Source of the DNA: Mytilus edulis
Taxonomy: Eukaryota
Assembly: GCF_963676685.1 (NCBI RefSeq)
Contig: NC_092346.1
Location: forward strand, 103,478,001 to 103,542,000
Length of the DNA stretch: 64,000 nucleotides
Reading direction: 5' to 3'
Of the stretch, positions 53,497 to 64,000 are shown one piece after another (position 1 is the first letter of the stretch; every line of letters starts with the position of its first letter). The notes beneath the pieces were generated by a model that ran no database searches, was not told the origin of the DNA, and was given only the letters and a program-made list of their open reading frames with translations. Both the position numbers and the translations under genes were made by a program.

Positions 53497-54096
53497 GGTT
53501 CATGTGGACCCTTTGGCCATGTTGGCTAAAATAGCTGTACTTTCACCTCAAAATTTACTCGGAGTACAGACAAACCTGCTCATCTGTAAAAATTTTAAGG
53601 TATAGCATGCCCTACATGTATATAAAGATATTTCAAATATGTTTTATGTTTCATGTTTTAGAAAAATAAAAACTTGCCAGGATTTTGCAGTTCACTTTTC
53701 ATTCCTCCAGAAGATGTCAAAATAAACTAAGTTGTAAAACAGGTTTGAGAACTTCCCCACAGGTAATAATTAAATATTGAGCTGGATTGATTGACATGGA
53801 CAATAGATTGGCAATAGATACCTGACAATGATTGGTGATTCAAACTGTGTACACTACATGAATGGATTATGGACCATATCAAGGAAAGCTCAACTGTTTG
53901 TTAATTTTATCATCTTCTGTAGGGACGAAAAAAAGTGCACAGCAAAGTCCAGTTCAGTTGTGAATTTTCTAAATCATTCTATTTATCTAGGGCATGCTAT
54001 GCCTTAAAACTTTTCCAGATGCACAGATTTGTCACTGATCAGAGTAAATTTTGAGCAGAAAATACGGACATTTTAGCCAAAGGGTCCACATGAACC
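53497..54096. mobile_element. Kolobok-like non-autonomous element with ~115-bp imperfect TIRs
   Basis: TTAA|GGTTCATGTGGACCCTTTGGC ... GCCAAAGGGTCCACATGAACC|TTAA. Confidence 0.75.
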
Positions 54097-54485
54097 TTAA
54101 ATTATGAAATTGCTTTGACGAAATAGTTAGTTGAGACCAAAGACATCACTGGAATGCACGAGAACATGTTGGGTTTGGTTGTTTACCCTCCATGTAATCT
54201 GTAAATCAGTTCCAGCATCAGGACCTTTTCCCGCCAAAAAAATATAAATTGGATAATAGGCGGACGAACTATGTAAAATTTCCGTTCAAGTTAATGGTCT
54301 TGATAATCATGAAAAGTTAACTAACAACTTACAACTGGGTACCATCCACATTTTCTAAATGAGATCCTTGTGTTTTATATGCCCCCCTTTTTGTGGGGAA
54401 AAAATGGTACATTTGTCAACGTATATGATTTGTTCCACCTAACAGAAGTTCCAATGGAAACTTTGTTATAATACCTGTTCCTGTT

Positions 54486-54710
54486 GAGGGCCCTCATGGG
54501 GTTTTTGATTATGTGATTACTTGGCCGTTTTTTTAATGATTATTTGATTATTAAGCCAAATATTTCATGATTATTTGATTACCTAGGACTGTATTTTTAG
54601 TTTATGATTATTTGATTACTAAAGATAAGCAAATATTTAATGATTATGTGATTATATTGGCAAAAAAATGGTGATTATGTGATTACTAGGACCCCCCCAT
54701 GAGGGGCCTC
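54486..54710. mobile_element. MITE with GAG termini, 6-bp TSD and internal gattatttgatta repeats
   Basis: CCTGTT|GAGGGCCCTCATGGGG ... CCCCATGAGGGGCCTC|CCTGTT. Confidence 0.75.
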
Positions 54711-55629
54711 CCTGTTGGAACAAATATTCTATACCATTTATTCCGTTAGGAACATTTACTGTAATATTTATTTCAGTGGAAATACTATATATTCCAGAAT
54801 ATTGTTTCCATTTGGAACTTATGTTATGAAGGAACTTCTCATTCCGTGACAGATTATCATAGTATATAGGGAATCACTGAGTGAAGTATGACTGGAGCCC
54901 CCACCCCTTTTATCTCAGTCATCTCCCCTCTCATAACAAGTTCTGGATCCCCCACTGTATTCTAACATCTGAAGTCGATTTCACAAAAAAACTTAGTTAC
55001 GACTAATTTCACTAATATTGATCGTAAGTATACTGATTTGTTCATGACTTAAGACCAATCTTAGTCGTAAGTATACTGAATTGTTGACTTACGAAAAATC
55101 CTAGTCGTAATTTTTTTTGTTGTGAAATTGACTCCTGCTGAAGAGTATATGTGTTTCTAATCAGTGGTGTTCAAATCATACGGTGTTCTCTCAGGAATCT
55201 ATAGGCTCCGTTTTTTGTTGTACCTCTCTTATTATTAATCATAGCCGGCTTTAAGGTCGTCTTTAACTTTTTCACAATTTGTAAGAAAATAGGGTATGTG
55301 ATTATTTGACTTGTCTCAGTTTTTGGTAATATATGGTTTTATATCTATTTATGTTATTACTCGCCGGGTTGGCGGGACAGTCAAATAGGCCAGCATGGTT
55401 TAAAGTTAGATGACATTTATGCCATTACCACCGACGGTTCAAGTTCAGTGTTGTAAATAGCTAGGTCAGATAGGTTTTCAGAGCCTCTCATGTGGCCGAG
55501 TTCTCCGTGAACCTGTGCCGTTAGACCACAGTTTGTTGATATTTCTTTTTTGTGATTTTGCGTTTTGAATATCTTTGTCTTGTGCCCTGTTCATTTACTA
55601 TTATGTTGCTTTACTCTTTGTCTGGAAAT

Positions 55630-57737
55630 AAAAGCAAAAAAACTGACTACAGTGGCATAACATCACTTAAGCAGAATGGGAAACTTATTACTGACACCAA
55701 ACAAAAATCTGACGCACTCAACAGGCAGTTTCAATCAGTTTTCTCAGAACCAAACAAAATCACTGCTACTGAATTTGAAAACAATCAATACATGCAACAG
55801 AAAACAGCGTACCCTACCATGCCTGACATAAATATCACCATCCAAGGTATCTCAAAATTACTTCTAAATTTAAATCCATCCAAGGCAAGTGGACCAGACG
55901 AACTTAAGCCACGTCTCCTTCGGGAGTTAGCACATGAAATTTCACCAATACTATGCCTTATATACCAAAAATCATTAGACACTGGCGAAGTCCCTACTGA
56001 CTGGCGTACTGCACATGTTTCACCCATCTATAAGAAAGGTTCCAAATATAATCCAGAGAATTATAGACCTATTTCTTTGACATGTATATGTTGTAAACTT
56101 ATGGAACATGTTGTAGTTAGCGCAATCATGACACACGCAGACAAACATAACATCCTATATCCCCTACAACACGGCTTTCGAAAAAACAGATCTTGTGAAA
56201 CTCAACTTTTGGAATTTGTAGATGATGTCACTAAAAATATGGAAAACTCAAAACAAACAGATGTACTTATAATGGATTTCTCCAAAGCTTTTGATAAAGT
56301 CAGTCATAACTTGTTAACACACAAATTAAATTATTATGGGATACAGGGGAAAACAAATGCATGGATACAGGGCTTCTTATCATGTCGTACCCAAGCAGTC
56401 ATTCTAGAGGGCGAGACTTCAGGCTATGTCCCTGTAAAGTCCGGAGTGCCTCAAGGATCTGTTCTGGGCCCAAGTCTGTTTTTATTTTATATTAACGACA
56501 TACCAGTTGGGCTAAATTCCACCATACGCCTATTTGCAGATGACACCATTGCATATCTGGTAATAAAATCAAACAGTGATTGCGAAACCCTTCAAAAAGA
56601 CCTCAACACACTAGGCATTTGGGAAAATACATGGAAAATGGCTTTTCATCCTGACAAGTGTAAGGGAGCTACCATTTGATTTTTATGGGGGGGGGACTTT
56701 TTTTTACATAAATTGTCATCCTGACTTTTTTTTTTTGGCAAGTGTCTCATCCTGCCTTTTTTTTTTACTCAAAACTCCTGCCTATTTTTTTCAAATTTCA
56801 TCCTAGCCCCCCCATAAAAATCAAATGGTAGCTCCCTAATGTCATGTCCATCAGCCGAAATAAAAATCCATTCGTTTATAATTACACTTTACATGGCCAC
56901 ATTCTTGAACATGTCGATAAGGCAAAATACCTAGGTGTGACAATTCAATCCGACCTAAAATGGCACAGTCACATAAACAACATCTGCAATAAAGCCAACA
57001 GCACTCTAGGTTTTCTTCGAAGGAATCTTAACATCAGTTCCACCTCAGTAAAGGAACAGGCATATAAATCTTTAGTCAGACCATCACTAGAATATGCCTG
57101 TTCAGTTTGGGACCCTTACTTTACTGAGGATATTAACAAAATAGAAAAGGTACAAAGAAGGGCTGCTAGATATGTCACTAACCGACACAGAAACACCTCA
57201 AGCGTTAGTGACATGCTAGATCATTTAAAATGGAGAGACCTTGCTAACAGAAGAACAGATGCACGCCTGGTCATGTTCTATAAAATTACATATCATCTCA
57301 TTGCAATCACAAAAACAGACAGATTAATTCAACCGCTCAGACAGTCCAGGAACATGCACACACTCTCATACCAAATTCCATCCTGCAGAACACAAATAAG
57401 ACAACAATCATTTTTCCCACGCACAATTAAAATCTGGAACAGCCTTCCCCTGAGTATTGTTATGAGCGACTCTATAGAGTCGTTCAAAGTAGCCGTCTCA
57501 AACTACACCTACAGCCCATAAATTCATCATGTGTAAATAGTTTTATCTTAATATTTTAAAAATAATAAATTAAAAATATGCACTACCACTATGTAAAAAT
57601 TTTTTGTTTTGTTTATTATCACAAATTTGTATATTTCACTGTATATATGTCTTCACAAAGCAATGCGCAGTACAAGTGACGTAAACTTCAACGTGTTGAA
57701 GGCGGTCATTACATAGTAGAAGTAGAAGAAGAAGAAG
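55630..57737 (+). mobile_element. 5'-truncated CR1-group LINE (RT domain and C-terminus), interrupted by a MITE
   Basis: ENYRPISLT, QHGFR, MDFSKAFDKV, SGVPQGSVLGP, LFADD, KYLGV, LEYACSVWDP; stop at 57521; (GAA)n tail ending ~57737; no endonuclease or ORF1. Confidence 0.92.
56664..56836. mobile_element. PIF/Harbinger MITE, internally deleted copy of 4044-4345
   Basis: Identical TIRs and TAA TSD; removal restores the LINE frame FHPDKC-NVMSISR. Confidence 0.9.
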
Positions 57738-57907
57738 TATGATTGAGTCTCAGCGGCCAACATCATAGAAAAATCAGCAAAAACAACAACTTGCATGTTG
57801 AACTCTTCCATCATCCCGTGCCTACAGCAGGCTTCCAACCAAATTTCAACTCAACTGAAACATATAGCACCACAAAATAATCTATATAAAGGTATTCTGA
57901 AGTCTCA

Positions 57908-58562
57908 TACAGTCAGTTGTGTCATTCAATTTGACGTGTTTTTGGAATACAGTCAGTTGTGTTATTCAATTTGACGTGTTTTTGGAATGCAGTCAGGTGT
58001 GACAATCAATTTGACGTGTTTTTGGAATGCAGTCAGGTGTGACAATCAATTTGACGTGTTTTTGGAATGCAGTCAGGTGTGACAATCTATTTGACGTGTT
58101 TTTGGAATATAGTCAGTTGTGTCATACAATTTGACATGTTTTTTTAATGCAGTCAGGTGTGACAATCAATTTGGCGTGTTTTTTTAATACAATCAGTTGT
58201 GTCATTCAATTTGACGTGTTTTTGGAATGCAGTCAGGTGTGTCATTCAATTTGACGTGTTTTTGGAATACAGTCAGGTGTGTATTTCGATATGCCGTGTT
58301 TTTGGAATAAAGTCTGTTGTTTAATTCAAGTTAATTTGACGTGTTTTGGGAATATAGTCAGGGTTTTTTTTCATTTAATTTGACGTGTTTTTGGGGACGT
58401 GTTTTTGGAATACAGTCAGGTGTGTGTTTCGATATGCCGTGTTTTTGGAATAAAGTCTGTTGTTTAATTCAAGTTTTGTTTAATTCAAGTTAATTTGACG
58501 TGTTTTTGGAATATAGTCAGTTTTTTTTTCATTTAATTTGACGTGTTTTGGGAATATCGTCA
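57908..58562. repeat. 40-bp minisatellite
   Basis: cagtcaggtgtgacaatcaatttgacgtgtttttggaatg units. Confidence 0.9.
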
Positions 58563-59211
58563 GGTGGCATCTAATTTGGTTATAGTTGAAAAAGAGAAGT
58601 AAAAAGCACATTTTAATAAACTTTCAAACTGTTTAACAAAGAGAATATCAATCATCTCAATCCCCGTGTGTTCCAAAAAAAAAAGACTGAGCCAAATTGA
58701 ATATAATACCCACCATGCAAATCAAGCATATCCTAGTTGTTATTCAAGTTTCAAACACTGGATAACAATTTCAATGAAATTTGTAAGACGACACTTTTTA
58801 AGATAACTGACCTAAAATAAGAAAACCCATCCATCCTTTCAAAATTTAGGTATATAAGGGACCCGTCTCATTGCTTATGTTTTCCCTAGGTAGGAAAGTA
58901 AACAAACATCAACATATACTTCTATTAATACGAAGATATTCAACAAAACACAGAGATATTATCATTACTAAATAAAATTGAGAATGGAAATGGGGAATGT
59001 GCCAAAGAGACAACAACCCGACCATAGAAAAAAAACCAAAGACAAGATATTTACAAAGAAAGCAATTAAGTCTAGATTTTCAAAATTTTATTACTTGTTA
59101 ACAGGCGGGAATTGTAACATATTTATACTGGTAATAAATATTCCAGTAAAAGGATTTGTAATCATTAAGTTAAAGTAAATCGTAACTTCGCCAATGCTAA
59201 AATTCAATGCA

Positions 59212-60342
59212 CTAAAGTCGTGTTCTAGATAATACAGGGTAGATATTGGACCGCGATCGCGACGGTCTTTGATTAAAACAGGGAAATCTTCCAAAACAAG
59301 TATGGACAAATGTTTCTCTAAAATCCTTTGTCCCAAGAGCATATATTACTGGATTCAAAAATGAATTTGAAAATCCTAATATCAGCAAATGTGTCCCGAC
59401 AATGTCCTTAAGAAAACAAGTCTTGTCTTCACAGATGATCTGTGCGATAGATGTGATCAAGAAAGGCATCCACGTCAATAGAACACATCCAAACACAACG
59501 GTGAGAGTTTTCAAAGATTTTGCTGTCCTTGCAGAAATTCGTAATTGTCCGTTACTTAATCTAGGCTGAGTAATGTTTTCAATAGATTCAATTCTTTTTA
59601 TGTGAATTTGCGCATTTTTGTACAATCTCCCATAGATCACAAACATGGCTGTAATTGGAATAAAAACGCAGCTGGAAAATAATACAATTATGTAATTAGC
59701 CGGTACAACATACAAAAAGGAGCAATATTTATTGTACGTTGACACACGCCATCCCATTAATGGCAAGAATCCAACAGCAATAGAAATAATTGATACCAAA
59801 ATAATTCCAAATATCACTCTTTCCCGTTTCACTATTTGAATATATCTTAGTCCTTTAAAAACAGCGATGTATCTGTCTATCGCAATTAGCATTAGAACTA
59901 ACAAAGAATCAATACAAGCAGCTATTGTAAAACCAATACGAACCAAACATAAGTCTAGAGTTTTCTCTGAAGCTCTTGTTACGAGAGTTCCAATTGAGAC
60001 AAAGCCAACGCAAAGGTCTGCAAACCCTAGAGCAGCAATTAGCATGTATGTCGTGTTGTGAAATTTTTTGTTGACAGCAATCACCAACAAAACACAGACA
60101 TTGATGGCAATAATCAAAATAGTCAGTGGTATAAGACAAATCTGCTTAATGTTTTCATGAATACTATCTGTAGTGGAAATGCATTTCAGAGAATTTGAAA
60201 AGTTTTTCGAGTCGACAACTTCTAAATTTTCACATGAGTTCCAGAGAGAGCATTGTATATTCCTATTTTTAAATGTTGGTTGCAGTATATCAATCCATTT
60301 AATAAAGTTACGTCTTGCAGGAGCTAAAGCCGTCCAATTCAT
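59212..60342 (-). CDS. Intronless class A (rhodopsin-family) GPCR, loosely adenosine/GPR119-like
   Basis: Seven hydrophobic segments; TM1 IN, TM2 LGFADLCVG, DRY, TM6 WMP, TM7 NSFLNPVIY, helix 8 KDFR; 376-aa intact ORF. Confidence 0.92.
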   Translation of the reverse strand: MNWTALAPARRNFIKWIDILQPTFKNRNIQCSLWNSCENLEVVDSKNFSNSLKCISTTDSIHENIKQICLIPLTILIIAINVCVLLVIAVNKKFHNTTYMLIAALGFADLCVGFVSIGTLVTRASEKTLDLCLVRIGFTIAACIDSLLVLMLIAIDRYIAVFKGLRYIQIVKRERVIFGIILVSIISIAVGFLPLMGWRVSTYNKYCSFLYVVPANYIIVLFSSCVFIPITAMFVIYGRLYKNAQIHIKRIESIENITQPRLSNGQLRISARTAKSLKTLTVVFGCVLLTWMPFLITSIAQIICEDKTCFLKDIVGTHLLILGFSNSFLNPVIYALGTKDFRETFVHTCFGRFPCFNQRPSRSRSNIYPVLSRTRL

Positions 60343-61319
60343 TTGAATGTGTTAAAATTAATTCCAAATTTTACTTGGGGATAAAAATAGACTTTTTATC
60401 ACGTATCACAATTAGTTAAGAAAACAATCTGATAACTCCAAATATATGAATTAGATAAAAGAATTATTAACTACTTTTTAAGAAGTATTTAACCGATAAT
60501 CTGTTTATTCCTGTAAGAAACCTTATCTACGAATGACGTGTGGCGATTACAAAATCTGTATGTACATCTGCGCCTTCCCTCTTCAAGTAAGATGAAATCA
60601 TCACAATTGCTTGTTCAGAAACGGATATATAATGACAAGATAATATGAAAAATGTTGAATATTGAGTATAATGGACTCTGAAATAATGACACGGCGGCCG
60701 GCATGATGTGGATGTTTAGAAATGTTATTGAAATAGCGATAAAAGAGGTCAAATACATGTCAAATCTGTAATTCCATTCTTTTATTCACAATATACATGT
60801 GGTTTTGGCTCTGATTCTGACCAATTTTTATATACTAAATATATATTTATATGCCACATTGTTGTTGATACCAATTATGTAAATCAATTGTATCTAATTT
60901 TATGCCCTTTATTGGCCCTTTAATTTGGGAATTAAAAATACCCTATTCTATTCTAATCTATAAAGAAAAAAAAGTAAAAAATGAATTATAAGAAAAGGCA
61001 TATTACACATTGCAAAAGTGTCGTTGTTCTACGACTTCATAGCAAATGAACCTCATTGTCTTAAGACGTCTCGAGACAGTCTTGAGACATACACCTTATG
61101 TCTTGAGACATAGAGCATACGTCTTAAGACATGAAACCATTGAAGATGTGTCTTGAGACATGGAATATATGTCTTAAGACATGTATCTTGAAGACATTTT
61201 TGAAACTTCAAAAATTGTATCCTCTCATCCAAGACGTCTTGAAAAAAAATGTTGGTGTCTTGAAGACATTGAAACAAAAAAATACCAGTGGCCCATAAAA
61301 TATATTCTAAACACATAAA

Positions 61320-61623
61320 AAACTTGGAATTATTTTTAATTATGGAATTTGCTTGTTTTGTTGTTGAAATTTTTTATAAATTCCATGTTTATTCTGTACT
61401 GAAATGTTCTGTGCTGCGCACAACACTTTCTATTACAAAGAAAATAGTTTATTTTCAATAGAATGTACTGTGCCGCGCACAACACTATCTAACCAAAATA
61501 CATTTTATGGAAAGTGTTATTCACCGCTCAAAAGATTGTAATACCAAATAAACCTGGAATTTGTTAAAAATTTTAAACACAAGAAATTATGCAAATTTCA
61601 TAATTAAAAATAATTCCAAGTTC
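61320..61623. mobile_element. AT-rich MITE-like inverted repeat element
   Basis: aacttggaattatttttaattatggaatttgc / gcaaatttcataattaaaaataattccaagtt. Confidence 0.55.
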
Positions 61624-62914
61624 AAATAATAGCCTGTTAAACGTTTTTATATGCAAAATGGTTTTTGTAAGAAGACATCTAACTGACAGAAGATAATTTA
61701 AGGTAATTTCGGTGAATAATGGCAAAAACTTTTTTTTATGACATTGTAATTTTTTTTAAAATAAAATTGATGATTTTTCACTTCTTCTGAGATCAACAAT
61801 GCTTCCAGATTAATGTTTTTTTTAAGGTAAAACTAGAATTCAAAGTTCCTCTGATGTTCTGGGTCAAAACATGTCATGGAGGATTGAATTTTGTATATTA
61901 TGCTGAAGAGATAATTGGATGTTGCTCCACAAATAATCCATTCAAAGTTAACATCTCTAGAAAACATTGGTCCTAGATCATGATCATATCCTATTGAACC
62001 TCCATTAGTGACTTTGAGAATAGAAGTATGGTTACTCTTGGTCTTCTTTGTACCAGCAGTAAAACCATCGCCAAAGTGAGCCATCTGTTTGACTGTGCAG
62101 GATGTACAAGCAGGCAGACAGAATGGGATTTTTAATTCGATTACTTGTGTAGAGACAGTGACACCCTCTGCATGTTAAGAACCATTGCAACATAAGGAAT
62201 TTCGTAGGTGGCCTTTTGCAAGGCAAAATGTCTCTCCCTTTTCACTAAACCCTCATTTTTAAATGGCACAATTGGTAAAGGTAAACCATTAAAGGTCAAA
62301 GTACAGCCTTCAACAGAGCCTAACCTCACACCAAACAGTCAGCAGGCAATAAAGGGCCTCAAAAATTTCCAGTCTAACCTCTTTCAGACAGGAAAACCAA
62401 TGGTCTAAGATACATGTATATAAAAATTGAGAAACAATTATTAAACACATAATAAGCCCACTGAACATCAGGTTCTTGACATAGGGAAGGTGCAAAAAAA
62501 TGCACTGGGTTTAAACGTTTTATCTGGCACCAACCTTCACCCCAACCTGATACAGTGGTTCATGCATTTAAACTAGTATTGATCTTTATCGAAAATATAT
62601 GAACACTTCCATGACTTTAGTTGTAATATCTGTTTTCAAAGCCATATACCTTCCAAAATAAATGTTTCTCTCCCCTCACAAATATTCACAGATGACAAAT
62701 ATTTCAGTTATGTTTAGTCAACTTTAATTTTCAAATAAATAGAATTGTATAAGCAACAAAAATGAATTGAATTAATGTCAAATATTTGATTCCAAACTAT
62801 GTATCTTCTTTCTTGCATGCTGAAGTTGTTTTCTTATCTGTAAATATAGATTGAAATAAAATATTAATTTACATGGCATTTATGAGTTTGTTTATTGATA
62901 ATTTCAGCTTTAAA

Positions 62915-63910
62915 AACTAGAGGCTCTAAAGAGCCTGTGTCGCTCACCTTGGTCTATATGAATATTAAACAAAGGAAGCAGATGGATTCATGACAAAGTT
63001 GTGTTTTGGTGATAGTGATGTGTTTGTAAATCTTACTTTACTAAACAGTCTTGCTGCTTAAAATTATCTCTATCTATAATGAACTTGGCCCAGTAGTTTC
63101 AGTGGAAATGTTAATAAAAATTTACAAATTTTATAAAAATTGTTAAAAATTGACTATAAAGGACAATAACTCCTTAGGGGGTCAATTGACCATTTCCGTC
63201 ATGTTGACTTATTTGTAAATCTTACTTTGCTGAACATGATTGCTGTGTACAGTTTATCTTTATCTATAATAATATTCAAGATAACAACCAAAAACAGCAA
63301 AATTTCCTTAAAATTACCGATTCAGGGGCAGCAACCCAACAAAGGGTTGTCAGATTCATCTGAAAATTACAGGGCAGATAGATCTTGATCTGATAAACAA
63401 TTATACCCCATGTCAGATTTGCTCTTAATGCTTTGGTTTTTGAGTTATAAGCCAAAAACTGCATTTTACCCCTATGTTCTATTTTTAGCTGTGGTGGCCA
63501 TCTTGATTTGATGGCCAGGTCACCGGACACATTTTTTAAACTAGATACCCCAAAGATGATTGTTGCCAAGTTTGGATTAATTTGGACCAGTAGTTTCAGA
63601 GGAGAAGACTTTTGTAAAAGATAACTAAGATTTACAAAAAATGGTTATAAATTGACTATAAAGGGCAATAACTCCTAAAGGGGTCAACTGACCATTTCGG
63701 TCATGTTGACTTATTTGTAAATCTTACTTTGCTGAACATTATTGCTGTTTACAGTTTATCTCTATCTATAAAAATATTCAAGATAATAACCAAAAACAGC
63801 AAAATTTCCTTAAAATTACAAATTCAGGGGCAGCAACCCAACAAAGGGTTGTCTGATTTGTCTGAAAATTTCAGGGCAGATAGATCTTGACCTGATAAAC
63901 AATTTTATCC
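62915..63910. mobile_element. HINE-type element, family B, second copy
   Basis: Near-identical to 45991 onward, with an internal duplication of the core. Confidence 0.8.
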
Positions 63911-64000
63911 TGATTTAGGATAATTTCTCACAATTTGATTGGCTGATATTGTCCTAATAAATTTCAGTACAATTTTTTATTACGTCAATAGGAATTATCT

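Noticed and set aside
55552-55630. N-terminus of the 375-aa ORF as a real start
   Set aside because: Flanking non-element sequence that happens to be in frame with the truncated RT

Overview
AT-rich eukaryotic (animal) genomic DNA; the repeat families suggest a bivalve such as Mytilus, which is inference only. There are two convincing host genes, both on the minus strand: a 9-coding-exon BIVM orthologue (33410-42844, ~634 aa) and an intronless class A GPCR (59212-60342). The rest is dense with mobile DNA: a Gypsy integrase+chromodomain element, a 5'-truncated CR1-type LINE split by a MITE, nested Helentron-associated (HINE/DINE-1-like) elements, many MITEs, degenerate RT remnants and several tandem arrays, including a ~5.4 kb array of a hairpin-bearing 115-bp unit. 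The most unusual feature is the Gypsy element (384-3246). It has a normal PPT and 3' LTR but no 5' LTR, gag or RT. Its left end is a 15-bp inverted copy of its own U5 terminus, and it is flanked by a perfect 4-bp TSD, giving an LTR-derived element with DNA-transposon-like (Ginger-like, copy-back) ends. No rRNA, tRNA, CRISPR or prokaryotic features were seen. Coordinates were counted by eye and may be off by a few bases.
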